A stretch of 64,000 nucleotides of DNA from Hyphomicrobiales bacterium (GTDB lineage: Bacteria > Pseudomonadota > Alphaproteobacteria > Rhizobiales > NORP267): contig JAJFHA010000020.1 in NCBI GenBank assembly GCA_021775875.1, forward strand, positions 25,544 to 89,543, in the 5' to 3' direction. Positions within the stretch are counted from its first letter, which is position 1, and each line of letters starts with the position of its first letter. Both the position numbers and the translations under genes were made by a program. Shown in pieces: positions 18,927 to 28,337 of this stretch. The notes beneath the pieces are model-generated. The model was not told where the DNA came from. It was given only the letters and a program-made list of their open reading frames with translations, and searched no databases.

Positions 18927-20957
18927 ATGACCGTAGCTGATCCTGAAATTTCAAAAGACCCTCTCATTGTCTTCATGCCCTCCGGCAAGAATGGCCGGTT
19001 TGCTATCGGCACGCCGTTGCTCGATTGCGCCCGGCAATTGGGCGTTGATATCGATTCTGTCTGCGGTGGGCGCGGCATTTGCGGACGGTGTCAGATCGTC
19101 GTTGCCGAGGGGCAATATGCCAAGCAGGGCATTATCAGCAAAAAAGGTAATGTAGAACCTTTGACCGAACCTGAGCGCCGGTTCGATGCCCGCACCGGGC
19201 TGGCTGACGAACGGCGGCTTTCGTGCCATGCCCGTTTGCTTGGCGATCTGGTAATTGACGTTCCGCCCGAAAGCCAGATCCACCGCCAGGTTGTACGCAA
19301 GCGTGCTGAGCTACGCGCTATCGATATCGATCCCGTCGTCCGGCTGCATTATGTGGAGGTGGCCGAGGCGGATATGGGCGTTGCCGATGGTGATTATCAG
19401 CGCTTGAAAAAAGCGCTCAAAGATCAATGGGGTCTGTCGATTGAGGCAATTACGGATGATGCCTTGAAAGCGTTGCAGGCCAATCTCAGGAAAGACAAGT
19501 GGCGCGTCACAATTGCGGTTTACGGGGGCCGCAAGATTATCAGGCTTTGGCCGGAATTTGTTGATCATTTATACGGCTTCGCCGTTGATGTGGGATCCAC
19601 CACGATCGCCGCGCATTTATGCGATCTGGCATCTGGCGAAGTGATCGCGACCGACGGCATTATGAACCCCCAAATCCGCTTTGGCGAAGATCTTATGAGT
19701 CGGGTCTCTTACGCCATGATGAATGAAGGCGGGGCTGAGGAATTGACCATCAGCATCCGGGCCGGGATCGATCAGCTATTTGATACTGCGCTCGCGGAAG
19801 CCGGGTTTCCGCGCGACCGGATCGCCGCCATCACTTTCGTTGGCAATCCGGTGATGCACCATCTGTTGCTTGGTTTTGACCCCGAACAATTGGGGTTCGC
19901 GCCCTTCGCGCTCGTGACCAACGAAGCCCTGGAACGAACGGCGCAAGCACTATCGCTTGAAAGTCTTGACGCCGGAACGCAATGTTATTTCCTGCCCTGT
20001 ATCGCTGGTCATGTAGGGGCGGATACAGCCGCCATGGTGCTATCGGAAGCACCGCAACTGAACGATGAAATCACTCTTTTGGTGGATGTGGGCACGAACG
20101 CCGAAATCGTGCTTGGGAACAAAACAAGGCTGTTGGCGGCGTCTTCCCCCACCGGCCCGGCATTTGAGGGCGCACAAATCTCAAGCGGCCAACGGGCGGC
20201 GCCCGGTGCGATCGAGCGCGTGCGGATCGATCCCGATACCTATGAGCCGCGTTTCAAAGTGATCGGCAGCGATTTATGGTCCGATGAAGAAGGCTTTACT
20301 GACGCCACCAAGGAGATCGGTGTTACCGGCATTTGCGGGTCCGGCATCATCGAAGCCATTGCAGAATTGTTTATGTCTGGATTGCTATCCAGAGACGGCG
20401 TAATTGATGGATCAAAGCAGGATCAATGCCGTCGGTTGATTCCTTTCGGGCGCACATTTTCCTACCTGCTCCATGAGGGCATTCCGGAAATCAGCATCAT
20501 TCAGAATGACATACGCGCGATCCAGCTTGCCAAAGCGGCTTTATATGCAGGTGCGCGATTGCTGATGGATGAAATGAATGTAGACCAGCCGGACAGGATC
20601 GTATTGGCGGGCGCGTTCGGCAGCCATATCGATACCAAATACGCCATTATTTTGGGCCTCATCCCTGATTGCCCCCTCGACCAAGTCTCGTCGGCCGGGA
20701 ATGCCGCCGGAACCGGCGCACGGATTGCGCTGTTAAACGCCGGTTCGCGTGGTGAAATAGAAAGCCTGGTGCGCAAGATAGAGAAAATCGAAACCGCGAT
20801 TGAACCGCGTTTTCAGGAACATTTCATCGCCGCGATGGCATTCCCTCACAAGACCGCGCCTTATCCTCACCTCGGGAAAGTGGTGAATTTGCCGAAAAAT
20901 TTGGAACCCGTTGGCCCTCAAAATCGTCGTCGCAGGACAAAGCGGTCAAAGACGTGA
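18927..20957 (+). CDS. corrinoid reductive activation enzyme (RACE/RamA-like; 2Fe-2S ferredoxin + ASKHA ATPase)
   Basis: 676 aa. The N-terminus has a plant-type ferredoxin cysteine cluster (CGGRGICGRCQ). ASKHA-like phosphate motifs VDVGSTTIAAHL and LVDVGTNAEIVLG follow. Confidence 0.85.
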   Translation: MTVADPEISKDPLIVFMPSGKNGRFAIGTPLLDCARQLGVDIDSVCGGRGICGRCQIVVAEGQYAKQGIISKKGNVEPLTEPERRFDARTGLADERRLSCHARLLGDLVIDVPPESQIHRQVVRKRAELRAIDIDPVVRLHYVEVAEADMGVADGDYQRLKKALKDQWGLSIEAITDDALKALQANLRKDKWRVTIAVYGGRKIIRLWPEFVDHLYGFAVDVGSTTIAAHLCDLASGEVIATDGIMNPQIRFGEDLMSRVSYAMMNEGGAEELTISIRAGIDQLFDTALAEAGFPRDRIAAITFVGNPVMHHLLLGFDPEQLGFAPFALVTNEALERTAQALSLESLDAGTQCYFLPCIAGHVGADTAAMVLSEAPQLNDEITLLVDVGTNAEIVLGNKTRLLAASSPTGPAFEGAQISSGQRAAPGAIERVRIDPDTYEPRFKVIGSDLWSDEEGFTDATKEIGVTGICGSGIIEAIAELFMSGLLSRDGVIDGSKQDQCRRLIPFGRTFSYLLHEGIPEISIIQNDIRAIQLAKAALYAGARLLMDEMNVDQPDRIVLAGAFGSHIDTKYAIILGLIPDCPLDQVSSAGNAAGTGARIALLNAGSRGEIESLVRKIEKIETAIEPRFQEHFIAAMAFPHKTAPYPHLGKVVNLPKNLEPVGPQNRRRRTKRSKT

Positions 20958-21030
20958 TAAATCTAACCACTTGTTTCTTTAATCTCCCCGTTGCGGGATG
21001 GCGCACTTAGGGGTATATGACCAACCGTTC

Positions 21031-21105
21031 TGGGGCGTAGCCAAGTGGTAAGGCAACGGGTTTTGATCCCGTCATTCGTAGGTTCGATCCCTACCGCCCC
21101 AACCA
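21031..21105 (+). tRNA. tRNA-Gln (anticodon UUG)
   Basis: 75-nt cloverleaf: acceptor TGGGGCG/CGCCCCA, 3-bp D stem GCC-AAGTGGTAA-GGC, anticodon arm ACGGG-TTTTGAT-CCCGT, T arm GTAGG-TTCGATC-CCTAC, discriminator A and an encoded CCA. Confidence 0.9.
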
Positions 21106-21173
21106 ACCCGTCCGGGTCGACGCGGTCTCGCAAATGCGATTGATCTTGCCGTTCCTTTGGCGGATGATGGGGC

Positions 21174-22097
21174 ATGAACATTCAAGAGAAAAATATTTTT
21201 GTTGATGGCGCAGCCTATGTGAACGGCGAATTTATGCCGGTTGCTGAAGCCTCTGTCCCGGTTACCGATCTTGGCTTCATCCGCTCGGACGCAACCTATG
21301 ATGTTGTCCATGTCTGGAATGGGCGGTTTTTTCGGCTCAAAGATCACGTGGATCGCTTTCTCGATAGCTGTGAACGATTGCGCTTCAATCTTCCGCTCTC
21401 GCGAGACCAGTTGATCGACATGCTGCACGGGATGGTGGCGCGGACCGGGTTTGACAAGGCGTATGTGAATTTTACCGCAACCCGCGGGCGGCTTGCCAAA
21501 GGATCGCGCAACCCGCTCGATTGTGAAAACCGCGTCTACGGTTTCACCATTCCGTTTTCATGGATCGCGCCGTTTGAGGAACAGGATGCCGGGATCGCTA
21601 TGATCGTCGCGTCTTCGGAACGCACCGCAATTGAGACGATGGACCCGACCATCAAGAATTTCCAATGGGGCGATTTTACAAGGGGCATGATCGAAGCCAG
21701 CGACGCAGGCGCCAAGGTGGCGGTTCATCTGAACCATGAGGGCAACGTAACGGAAGGCGCTGGCTTCAACGCCTTCATGCTCAAGGACGATGTTCTCTGG
21801 ACGTCGGAAACCGGTGTGTTGATGGGTATAACCCGGCGCACGGTACTGGAAATCGCCGAACGGATGGGTGTCGAGGTCAAGGTAACAAAAGTATCGGAAA
21901 ATATATTGCGGTCAGCAGACGAGATTTTTATTTCCTCCACCGCAGGCGGTGTGATCCCGGTCCGCTCGCTCGATGGCGCACCGGTTGGGGGCGCTTCAAA
22001 CGCGCGCGTTGCTCTCGATATCCGAGACGCTTACTGGAAGCTCCATGACGATTCTGAATATTCGACACCTGTCAGGCACGACATTGTCCAAGCTTGA
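21174..22097 (+). CDS. class IV aminotransferase (branched-chain/D-amino-acid aminotransferase family)
   Basis: 307 aa. The fold-type IV pattern includes EGAGFNAFMLKD and GITRRTVLEIA. Confidence 0.85.
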   Translation: MNIQEKNIFVDGAAYVNGEFMPVAEASVPVTDLGFIRSDATYDVVHVWNGRFFRLKDHVDRFLDSCERLRFNLPLSRDQLIDMLHGMVARTGFDKAYVNFTATRGRLAKGSRNPLDCENRVYGFTIPFSWIAPFEEQDAGIAMIVASSERTAIETMDPTIKNFQWGDFTRGMIEASDAGAKVAVHLNHEGNVTEGAGFNAFMLKDDVLWTSETGVLMGITRRTVLEIAERMGVEVKVTKVSENILRSADEIFISSTAGGVIPVRSLDGAPVGGASNARVALDIRDAYWKLHDDSEYSTPVRHDIVQA

Positions 22098-23130
22098 TCC
22101 GATCTTGATTGAAGTCACGCGGGGCAATTTCGAGGGTAGTGATTTTGTCGAAAGCCGCCACCGGGGTGCTATTGCGATTGTCCGCGCCAATGGCGAAATT
22201 TTTGCCGAAATCGGCGATGTCACCAAACTGGTTTACCCGCGTTCGGCGATCAAACTTGTTCAGGCCTTGCCCATGGTCGAGAGCGGGGCGGCGGTTCATT
22301 TTGGCTTTGGCGCCAGAGAATTGACTTTGGCCTGTGCGTCCCACAATGGCGAAGATGAGCATGTCGCTACCGCTCGCCACATGCTGGAATTGATCGGGCT
22401 GGATGAATCAGCGTTTGAATGTGGTGGTCACGCGCCGGAACTCAAATCCGCGCAGGCGCGTTTGAATATTGAAGGGAAGGCCCCAACCGCGCTTTACAAC
22501 AATTGCTCCGGTAAACATGCAGGCATGTTGGCACTTACAATGCATCTTGGTATCGATCCCAAGGGCTATTCAAAGCGCGATCATAAGGTGCAGCAGGAAG
22601 CAGCGCAGGCAATTTCCGAGATGACCGAATATGATTTGGCGACCGCCCCTTGCGGCACCGATGGCTGTTCGATCCCGACTTACGCTGTTCCATTGTCAAA
22701 TCTGGCCCATGCTTTTGCCAAGGTGGCGGACCCTGCCGGGTTGGGAGAGACCCGCGCAGCGGCGGTGTGTCGATTATCCGAAGCTTGCATGAGCGAACCG
22801 TTCATGGTTGCCGGTACGGGGCGGTTTTGCACCGAGGTTATGCAAGCTTTTCCCGGCACAGTGTTCGCCAAAACCGGGGCAGAAGGCGTGTTTTGCGCCT
22901 GCCTGCCAGGCACCGGAATCGGCATCGCGGTTAAATGCCGCGACGGCGCCACCCGCGCCGCTGAAGCCATGACGGCTGCCATTCTCGAAACCTTGCTCAA
23001 GCCGGAAGATGACGCCCTCGCGGTGCTTCGCTCCTTCTCCCATCGCCCACTTAAAAACTGGAATGGCATCCATGTGGGCGATATTCGTCCTTCAGATGAA
23101 TTCCAATCGGTGCTTGCCCCTTTGGCGTGA
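22045..23130 (+). CDS. asparaginase II family protein (Rhizobium-type L-asparaginase)
   Basis: Carries ACASHNGEDEHV and NNCSGKHAGMLA. The start is uncertain: the first plausible ATG (22045) overlaps the upstream gene by 53 nt. Confidence 0.8.
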   Translation: MTILNIRHLSGTTLSKLDPILIEVTRGNFEGSDFVESRHRGAIAIVRANGEIFAEIGDVTKLVYPRSAIKLVQALPMVESGAAVHFGFGARELTLACASHNGEDEHVATARHMLELIGLDESAFECGGHAPELKSAQARLNIEGKAPTALYNNCSGKHAGMLALTMHLGIDPKGYSKRDHKVQQEAAQAISEMTEYDLATAPCGTDGCSIPTYAVPLSNLAHAFAKVADPAGLGETRAAAVCRLSEACMSEPFMVAGTGRFCTEVMQAFPGTVFAKTGAEGVFCACLPGTGIGIAVKCRDGATRAAEAMTAAILETLLKPEDDALAVLRSFSHRPLKNWNGIHVGDIRPSDEFQSVLAPLA

Positions 23131-23177
23131 ATGCCGGAAACTATTTCCCCAGTTCAGACAATTATTCAGGCCAGCAA

Positions 23178-24347
23178 ATGAAATCCGCCAACAGCATATT
23201 ATCCGGTTACGGCACAACAGTTTTTGAAGTCATGTCCAGGCTCGCCATGGAGCACCAGTCGATCAATCTGGGGCAGGGCTTCCCCGACGAAGACGGCCCC
23301 GAAGATGTGCGCGAACTGGCCGCCAAAACCGTTATCGAGGGCCCGAACCAATATCCGCCAATGATGGGAGTGCCTGAACTGCGCCAGGAGTTGGCTCGCC
23401 ACGCTAAACGCTTTTACGATATGGATGTGGATTGGCAGACCGAAATCATGGTGACATCGGGCGCAACCGAAGCGCTGGCTGATTGCCTGTTCGGATTGAT
23501 CGAGCCGGGCGATGAAGTGGTGTTGATCGAGCCGCTCTACGACAGCTACTTGCCGATTGTACGCCGCGCTGGAGCAATACCGAAACTGGTGCGCGTTACC
23601 CCACCATCATGGGAACTTGATCTCGAAGCGCTCGAAGAAGCATTTTCCGAAAAGACTAAACTTATTCTCCTGAATAATCCCATGAACCCGGCCGCCAAGG
23701 TGTTTTCGCGCAATGAACTTGAGGGCATCGCGGCTTTGCTGGAAAAGTACGACGCCTATGCTGTGTGCGACGAAGTCTATGAGCATCTGGTGTTTGATCA
23801 GGAACAGCATATCTCGCTGCTGACCTTGCCGGGTATGCGCGAACGCTGCCTGAAAATTGGATCAGCGGGTAAGACATTTTCACTGACCGGATGGAAGGTC
23901 GGCTACATAACCGCTGCGCCAGAGCTGCTCGCGCCGGTCGCCAAGACCCATCAATTCTTGACCTTCACAACCCCGCCCAATCTGCAAAAGGCGGTCGCGT
24001 TCGGGCTTGGCAAGGGGGACGATTATTTCGACGCTTTGGCGCAAGACCTTCAGGCCAAACGGGATTTTTTTGCCAGGGGCCTCAAAGATATCGGTTTTGA
24101 AGTCATGCATTGCGCCGGCACATATTTCATAACAGCCGATTTCCGTCCGCTAAACCTTGGCGATATTGACGATGTGGAAGCCTGCCGGATCATGACCCTG
24201 GAAGCGGGTGTCACGCCGATCTCGGTCAGCGCTTTCTACGCCAGCGACGCCCCGCGCCATTATGTCCGCTTCTGCTTTTGCAAGCAGGATCACATTCTGG
24301 AAGAAGCCTTACAGCGCTTGGCAAGGTTTGTGGCGAAGCGGCGCTAG
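23178..24347 (+). CDS. class I/II PLP-dependent aminotransferase (YbdL/kynurenine-aminotransferase-like)
   Basis: Carries LNNPMNPAAKVF and the PLP-lysine region SAGKTFSLTGWKVGY. I chose the start at ATG 23178 (MKSANSILSGYGTTVF...). Confidence 0.85.
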   Translation: MKSANSILSGYGTTVFEVMSRLAMEHQSINLGQGFPDEDGPEDVRELAAKTVIEGPNQYPPMMGVPELRQELARHAKRFYDMDVDWQTEIMVTSGATEALADCLFGLIEPGDEVVLIEPLYDSYLPIVRRAGAIPKLVRVTPPSWELDLEALEEAFSEKTKLILLNNPMNPAAKVFSRNELEGIAALLEKYDAYAVCDEVYEHLVFDQEQHISLLTLPGMRERCLKIGSAGKTFSLTGWKVGYITAAPELLAPVAKTHQFLTFTTPPNLQKAVAFGLGKGDDYFDALAQDLQAKRDFFARGLKDIGFEVMHCAGTYFITADFRPLNLGDIDDVEACRIMTLEAGVTPISVSAFYASDAPRHYVRFCFCKQDHILEEALQRLARFVAKRR

Positions 24348-24355
24348 CTCCCATC

Positions 24356-24817
24356 TCAAACCATCGGTGGCATCCGGCCCCGAACCGGGGATGATTTTAC
24401 AATTGCCGTATTCGTTTCGGCTTTTTCATGAAAAGGATCAAGCAACTCGTCCAATTCATCAATTGAACGCAGCGAAAGGCGAGCGATAAAGCAATCGTCC
24501 CCCGTCACCTTGTCGCAAGCGGTGAACCGGACCTGGTTCACGATCATGTCCTCTACTAAATGAAGTGCTCCGGGGCGCGGCTTGATCCGGACAATCGCTT
24601 CGAGCGGATATCCAATTGCCGGTAAATCGAATTCAATGGTAAAGGCAGTGATTACCCCCTCGGCCTCCAGCCGCCGCACCCGCTCGGTGACGCTTGGTGC
24701 CGACATGCCAACAGCGTCGGCAAGGCTGCTCATGGCAATGCGGCTGTTCCGCTGCAACTGGGCGACAAGGGCACGATCCGTGTCATCATGGTTGTTTTGA
24801 TTTTGAAAGTGTATCAC
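24356..24817 (-). CDS. Lrp/AsnC family transcriptional regulator
   Basis: DDTDRALVAQLQRNSRIAMSSLADAVGMSAPSVTERVRRLEAEGVI forms the HTH, followed by a RAM/AsnC_trans_reg domain. I chose the GTG at 24817 (153 aa); the ORF maximum (24892) runs into a very AT-rich promoter-like stretch. Confidence 0.85.
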   Translation of the reverse strand: MIHFQNQNNHDDTDRALVAQLQRNSRIAMSSLADAVGMSAPSVTERVRRLEAEGVITAFTIEFDLPAIGYPLEAIVRIKPRPGALHLVEDMIVNQVRFTACDKVTGDDCFIARLSLRSIDELDELLDPFHEKAETNTAIVKSSPVRGRMPPMV

Positions 24818-24943
24818 CGATTTTGCCTTTAAAATTAAATAGAAAATATTTTCAAGCCTAAAATTACATATATAAAAAGTCAATTCACGCAATTATTATT
24901 TCAGTGGAATAGACAGGATACACAATCAGACGAGGAAAAAATT

Positions 24944-25780
24944 ATGAATGTAATGCGAATAGCGGCATTTTCAGACGGCGAGACGGGCGGCAATCCCGCA
25001 GGTATTGTGCTGTGCGAGGCGTTGCCGGGCGCTGAATTAATGCAAGCCAGCGCAGCCGAAGTCGGATTTTCAGAAACCGCTTTCGCGGCACCTGCCGATG
25101 ATAAAGGAACATGGCGGGTCAGGTATTTCTCTCCCGAATCCGAGGTTCCGTTTTGCGGCCATGCCACCATCGCTCTCGGCGCGGCGCTGGCCCGGAAAGA
25201 AGGCAATGGCATTTTCAGGTTGAAACTGAATGAAGCCGAAATCAGCGTTGAAGGTCAAAGCGAAGGCGAGCTTGTTTCGGCGGCCTTGCAATCTCCGCCA
25301 ACGCGCAGTGAATGCCTGGAGCGGAAAATTGTCGATGACGTTCTGGACCTGTTCTCTCTCCCGCACGAACAATTGAATGAAGCCATTCCCCCGGCCCGTA
25401 TCCATGCTGGCGCTGATCATATAGTTATTGCGCTGAAGGATAAGGCGCTTCTGAGTGCCATGAAATATGATCTCGATGCGGGTCGTGAACTGATGAGCCG
25501 CTACAAGCTGGTGACAATCATGCTAGTCCATGTTGCCGGTGATCAGCACTTCAACGTGCGCAATGCGTTCGCGTCCGGCGGGGTTTTGGAAGACCCTGCG
25601 ACAGGCGCGGCTGCTGCAGCCTTTGCGGGTTATCTGCGTGATCTGGATTGGCCACATGGAGGCCGTATCAGCATTGTGCAAGGCGAAGACATGGGAGCAC
25701 GTTCGCTGATCACAGCCGAGTTTGGCCTTGAACCCGGAAGCTCAGTACGGATTTCAGGGACAGCCCGCGAAATGACCTGA
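24944..25780 (+). CDS. PhzF family isomerase-like protein
   Basis: 278 aa. GGNPAGIVL and the SETAF motif sit near the N-terminus, and the layout is the two-lobed DAP-epimerase-like form. Confidence 0.85.
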   Translation: MNVMRIAAFSDGETGGNPAGIVLCEALPGAELMQASAAEVGFSETAFAAPADDKGTWRVRYFSPESEVPFCGHATIALGAALARKEGNGIFRLKLNEAEISVEGQSEGELVSAALQSPPTRSECLERKIVDDVLDLFSLPHEQLNEAIPPARIHAGADHIVIALKDKALLSAMKYDLDAGRELMSRYKLVTIMLVHVAGDQHFNVRNAFASGGVLEDPATGAAAAAFAGYLRDLDWPHGGRISIVQGEDMGARSLITAEFGLEPGSSVRISGTAREMT

Positions 25781-25805
25781 CCTGGCAGGGGTTTTCTGCG
25801 CCCCG

Positions 25806-27185
25806 TCAAGTGGTATGATTTCGCTCGATTGTCAGTTGCGGATAGGCAGCTGACCCTGCCAGTGCCAGATCGCCGGTTACGATATCGTTCCATTCGGAAC
25901 CGAGGATGGCGCCTTCCCTGACATCGGAAATCATGTTGTCGGAAATGATGGCGCTGCCAGCACCGGGGGCTACCGAAATATTGATCCCGATCCCGGCATC
26001 GCGAATGATGTTGCTGGTAGCTGTTACATTGCGGAGATATCGCCCCCACCCGAGTGACAGGCCGGCATGGGGTGCGTTTTCGATGATGTTGGCGTTGACG
26101 ACCGTATCGGCCTCTACCCCGATGCCAAAGCCCCAATTGTTATTGCTATAGTCTTGTATGCGATTGGTGAGGTTGCGGATGATATTGCCGTTGCAAACGG
26201 CCAACCTGCCGCCTTCGTTGAAATTTGTGATGGAAATTCCAGCCGCAGCGGTATCAACAATATTGTTAGTAATCATCGCGCCTTCAAAATCAAACTCTGC
26301 GTAGAGCGCGATTTCGCCAAGCCGGGCGCATGAATTTCCGGAAATCTGGCAATTCGATCCACCATTGGAGCGAACCGCTGAATACGAACAATCGGTAATG
26401 CGGTTGTTGATGACTTGTACGGCGCCGGCGCGAAAAATATTAATGCCGTTGCCGTTCTGACCTGAGCCACCATTCGCTGCGCCGATATTGGTAATGCGGT
26501 TGCCGCTAACAATAGTTTCATCTTCGCCCGCGCTTGAGCGCCAGACCAGAATGCCGTTATTCATGCAGTCGTGAATCCGGTTGCCGGAAATTTCCAGGCC
26601 GCGGCTGTCGATTGCGTAAATCGCAGCTTGTCCGGCATGACTGATTTCGCAATTGCGGATCGCGCCGGAAACCCGGTCAAGGGAAATTCCGTTTTTCGGG
26701 CTGCCGACAATGACGCAATTTTCAATCGTCAGGTCGATCGTGTCGGTAATGTCGATGAGCCCTGAAACATCGCCGTTAAATGTGTTGCCGGCCGAGCCAA
26801 TGCTCAATCCTTCCAGGGTAACCTGGCGCACACCCTTGGCATGCATCATCGCGGTCCCGCCGGAAAATACCAGCCGGGTTTGCCCCGGTACGCCGATGAT
26901 TGACGTGTTGTCCCTCAATTCCAGATCGGAGATCAGATACCGGCCCGGTGGTAGAAAGAGCGGCATGCCAAGACGCGCAGAATCATTGACAGCATTCTGT
27001 ATCTCATTGCCTTGATCGCCGGAATTGCCCGGATTGACGCCATATTGGGTTGCATCAAGTGCGCCGCTACTGGGGGAAATGGCTGCATTGGCACTGGTCG
27101 CGTCGGCCATCAATCCGGTGGACAACGTTGCAGTTCCAGCCAGCATGGCTCCCATATTCAAAAATGAACGACGATTGATACTCAT
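25806..27185 (-). CDS. Tat-exported right-handed parallel beta-helix repeat protein (TIGR03808-like)
   Basis: Start at ATG 27185, preceded by gaaggag. Has the twin-arginine signal SINRRSFLNMGAMLAGTA and many NxI/GN beta-helix repeats (ISGNRI, VSGNRITN, INNRITD, ISGNSC). Confidence 0.75.
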   Translation of the reverse strand: MSINRRSFLNMGAMLAGTATLSTGLMADATSANAAISPSSGALDATQYGVNPGNSGDQGNEIQNAVNDSARLGMPLFLPPGRYLISDLELRDNTSIIGVPGQTRLVFSGGTAMMHAKGVRQVTLEGLSIGSAGNTFNGDVSGLIDITDTIDLTIENCVIVGSPKNGISLDRVSGAIRNCEISHAGQAAIYAIDSRGLEISGNRIHDCMNNGILVWRSSAGEDETIVSGNRITNIGAANGGSGQNGNGINIFRAGAVQVINNRITDCSYSAVRSNGGSNCQISGNSCARLGEIALYAEFDFEGAMITNNIVDTAAAGISITNFNEGGRLAVCNGNIIRNLTNRIQDYSNNNWGFGIGVEADTVVNANIIENAPHAGLSLGWGRYLRNVTATSNIIRDAGIGINISVAPGAGSAIISDNMISDVREGAILGSEWNDIVTGDLALAGSAAYPQLTIERNHTT

Positions 27186-27284
27186 GACGCAGTCTCCTTC
27201 TGCGATCAAAGATGCAAGCGCCGTTCCAGCGAATGCGGGGTAAAAATGTATCAAAATATTACAGATTGGCGCAAAAAACCGGAG

Positions 27285-28277
27285 TTAGGCGTCAAAAATG
27301 GCAAAAATCTCATGCACAGCAAGCGTCGCCGCCATCCGACCTTCGGCAACGGCGGTTTCAATTTCGGGCAATTCCGCTCTTAGTTTTTCGTGATTCTGGA
27401 GCTGGCCGCGCAACCGTTCTTCCACCATATCCCACATCCAGCGCACCTGCTGGGCGCGGCGGCGCGTAGTAAATGCGCCGTTTTCGGTCATGATGTCGCG
27501 ATGCTTGTTTATCTGCGTCCAAATTTCATCAAGACCCAGATTTTGCAGGCCGGAAATCGTCACAACTGGTGGCGGCCAATCGGAATGCGCCGGAGTCAGG
27601 ATATGCAGCGCAGCGCGATATTCCCCCGCTGCCCGCTCGGCCCGGTCGATATTTTCACCATCCGCTTTATTGACGGCGATCATATCGGCAATTTCAACCA
27701 CACCCTTTTTGATGCCCTGTAATTCATCCCCGGCACCAGGCAGCATGAGCGCCAGAAAGAAATCCACCATGCCTGAAACGGTTGTTTCCGATTGGCCGAT
27801 CCCGACCGTTTCCACCAAAATGACATCGAAACCGGCGGCCTCGCAAAGGAGCATCGTCTCGCGGGTTCTGCGTGCAACACCGCCAAGGGTGCCCGCCGAC
27901 GGGGAGGGGCGAATGAACGCATTCTGGTCGACCGCCAGTCGCGCCATCCGGGTTTTATCACCAAGAATAGACCCGCCCGTGCGCGTTGAAGACGGATCAA
28001 CCGCAAGTACGGCGACCCTGTGCCCGGCTTTGGTGAGATTTATGCCGAACTGGTCAATCACCGTAGATTTTCCAACCCCCGGCACACCGGTGATCCCGAT
28101 CCGGATTGCGCCGCCTGAATCCGGCAATACAGTTTGCAACAATTCCAGCGCCTGTTGCTGGTGTTCGGCCTTGGTCGATTCAATGAGCGTAATGGCACGC
28201 GCCAATTGCGCCCGGTCGCCAGCACGAATTCCGGCGGCAAGTTTTTTTACATTGTTGTTCATGGCATTATCCGACAT
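27285..28277 (-). CDS. meaB: methylmalonyl-CoA mutase-associated GTPase (G3E family)
   Basis: 330 aa. Has P-loop GITGVPGVGKST and the NKADG specificity motif. It lies in the mutase neighbourhood. Confidence 0.9.
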   Translation of the reverse strand: MSDNAMNNNVKKLAAGIRAGDRAQLARAITLIESTKAEHQQQALELLQTVLPDSGGAIRIGITGVPGVGKSTVIDQFGINLTKAGHRVAVLAVDPSSTRTGGSILGDKTRMARLAVDQNAFIRPSPSAGTLGGVARRTRETMLLCEAAGFDVILVETVGIGQSETTVSGMVDFFLALMLPGAGDELQGIKKGVVEIADMIAVNKADGENIDRAERAAGEYRAALHILTPAHSDWPPPVVTISGLQNLGLDEIWTQINKHRDIMTENGAFTTRRRAQQVRWMWDMVEERLRGQLQNHEKLRAELPEIETAVAEGRMAATLAVHEIFAIFDA

Positions 28278-28337
28278 GTAGTTTTCTTAACCCATGTCGC
28301 CGGATCAGTCACGAACAGCCAGACTTCGTAGCTAACA

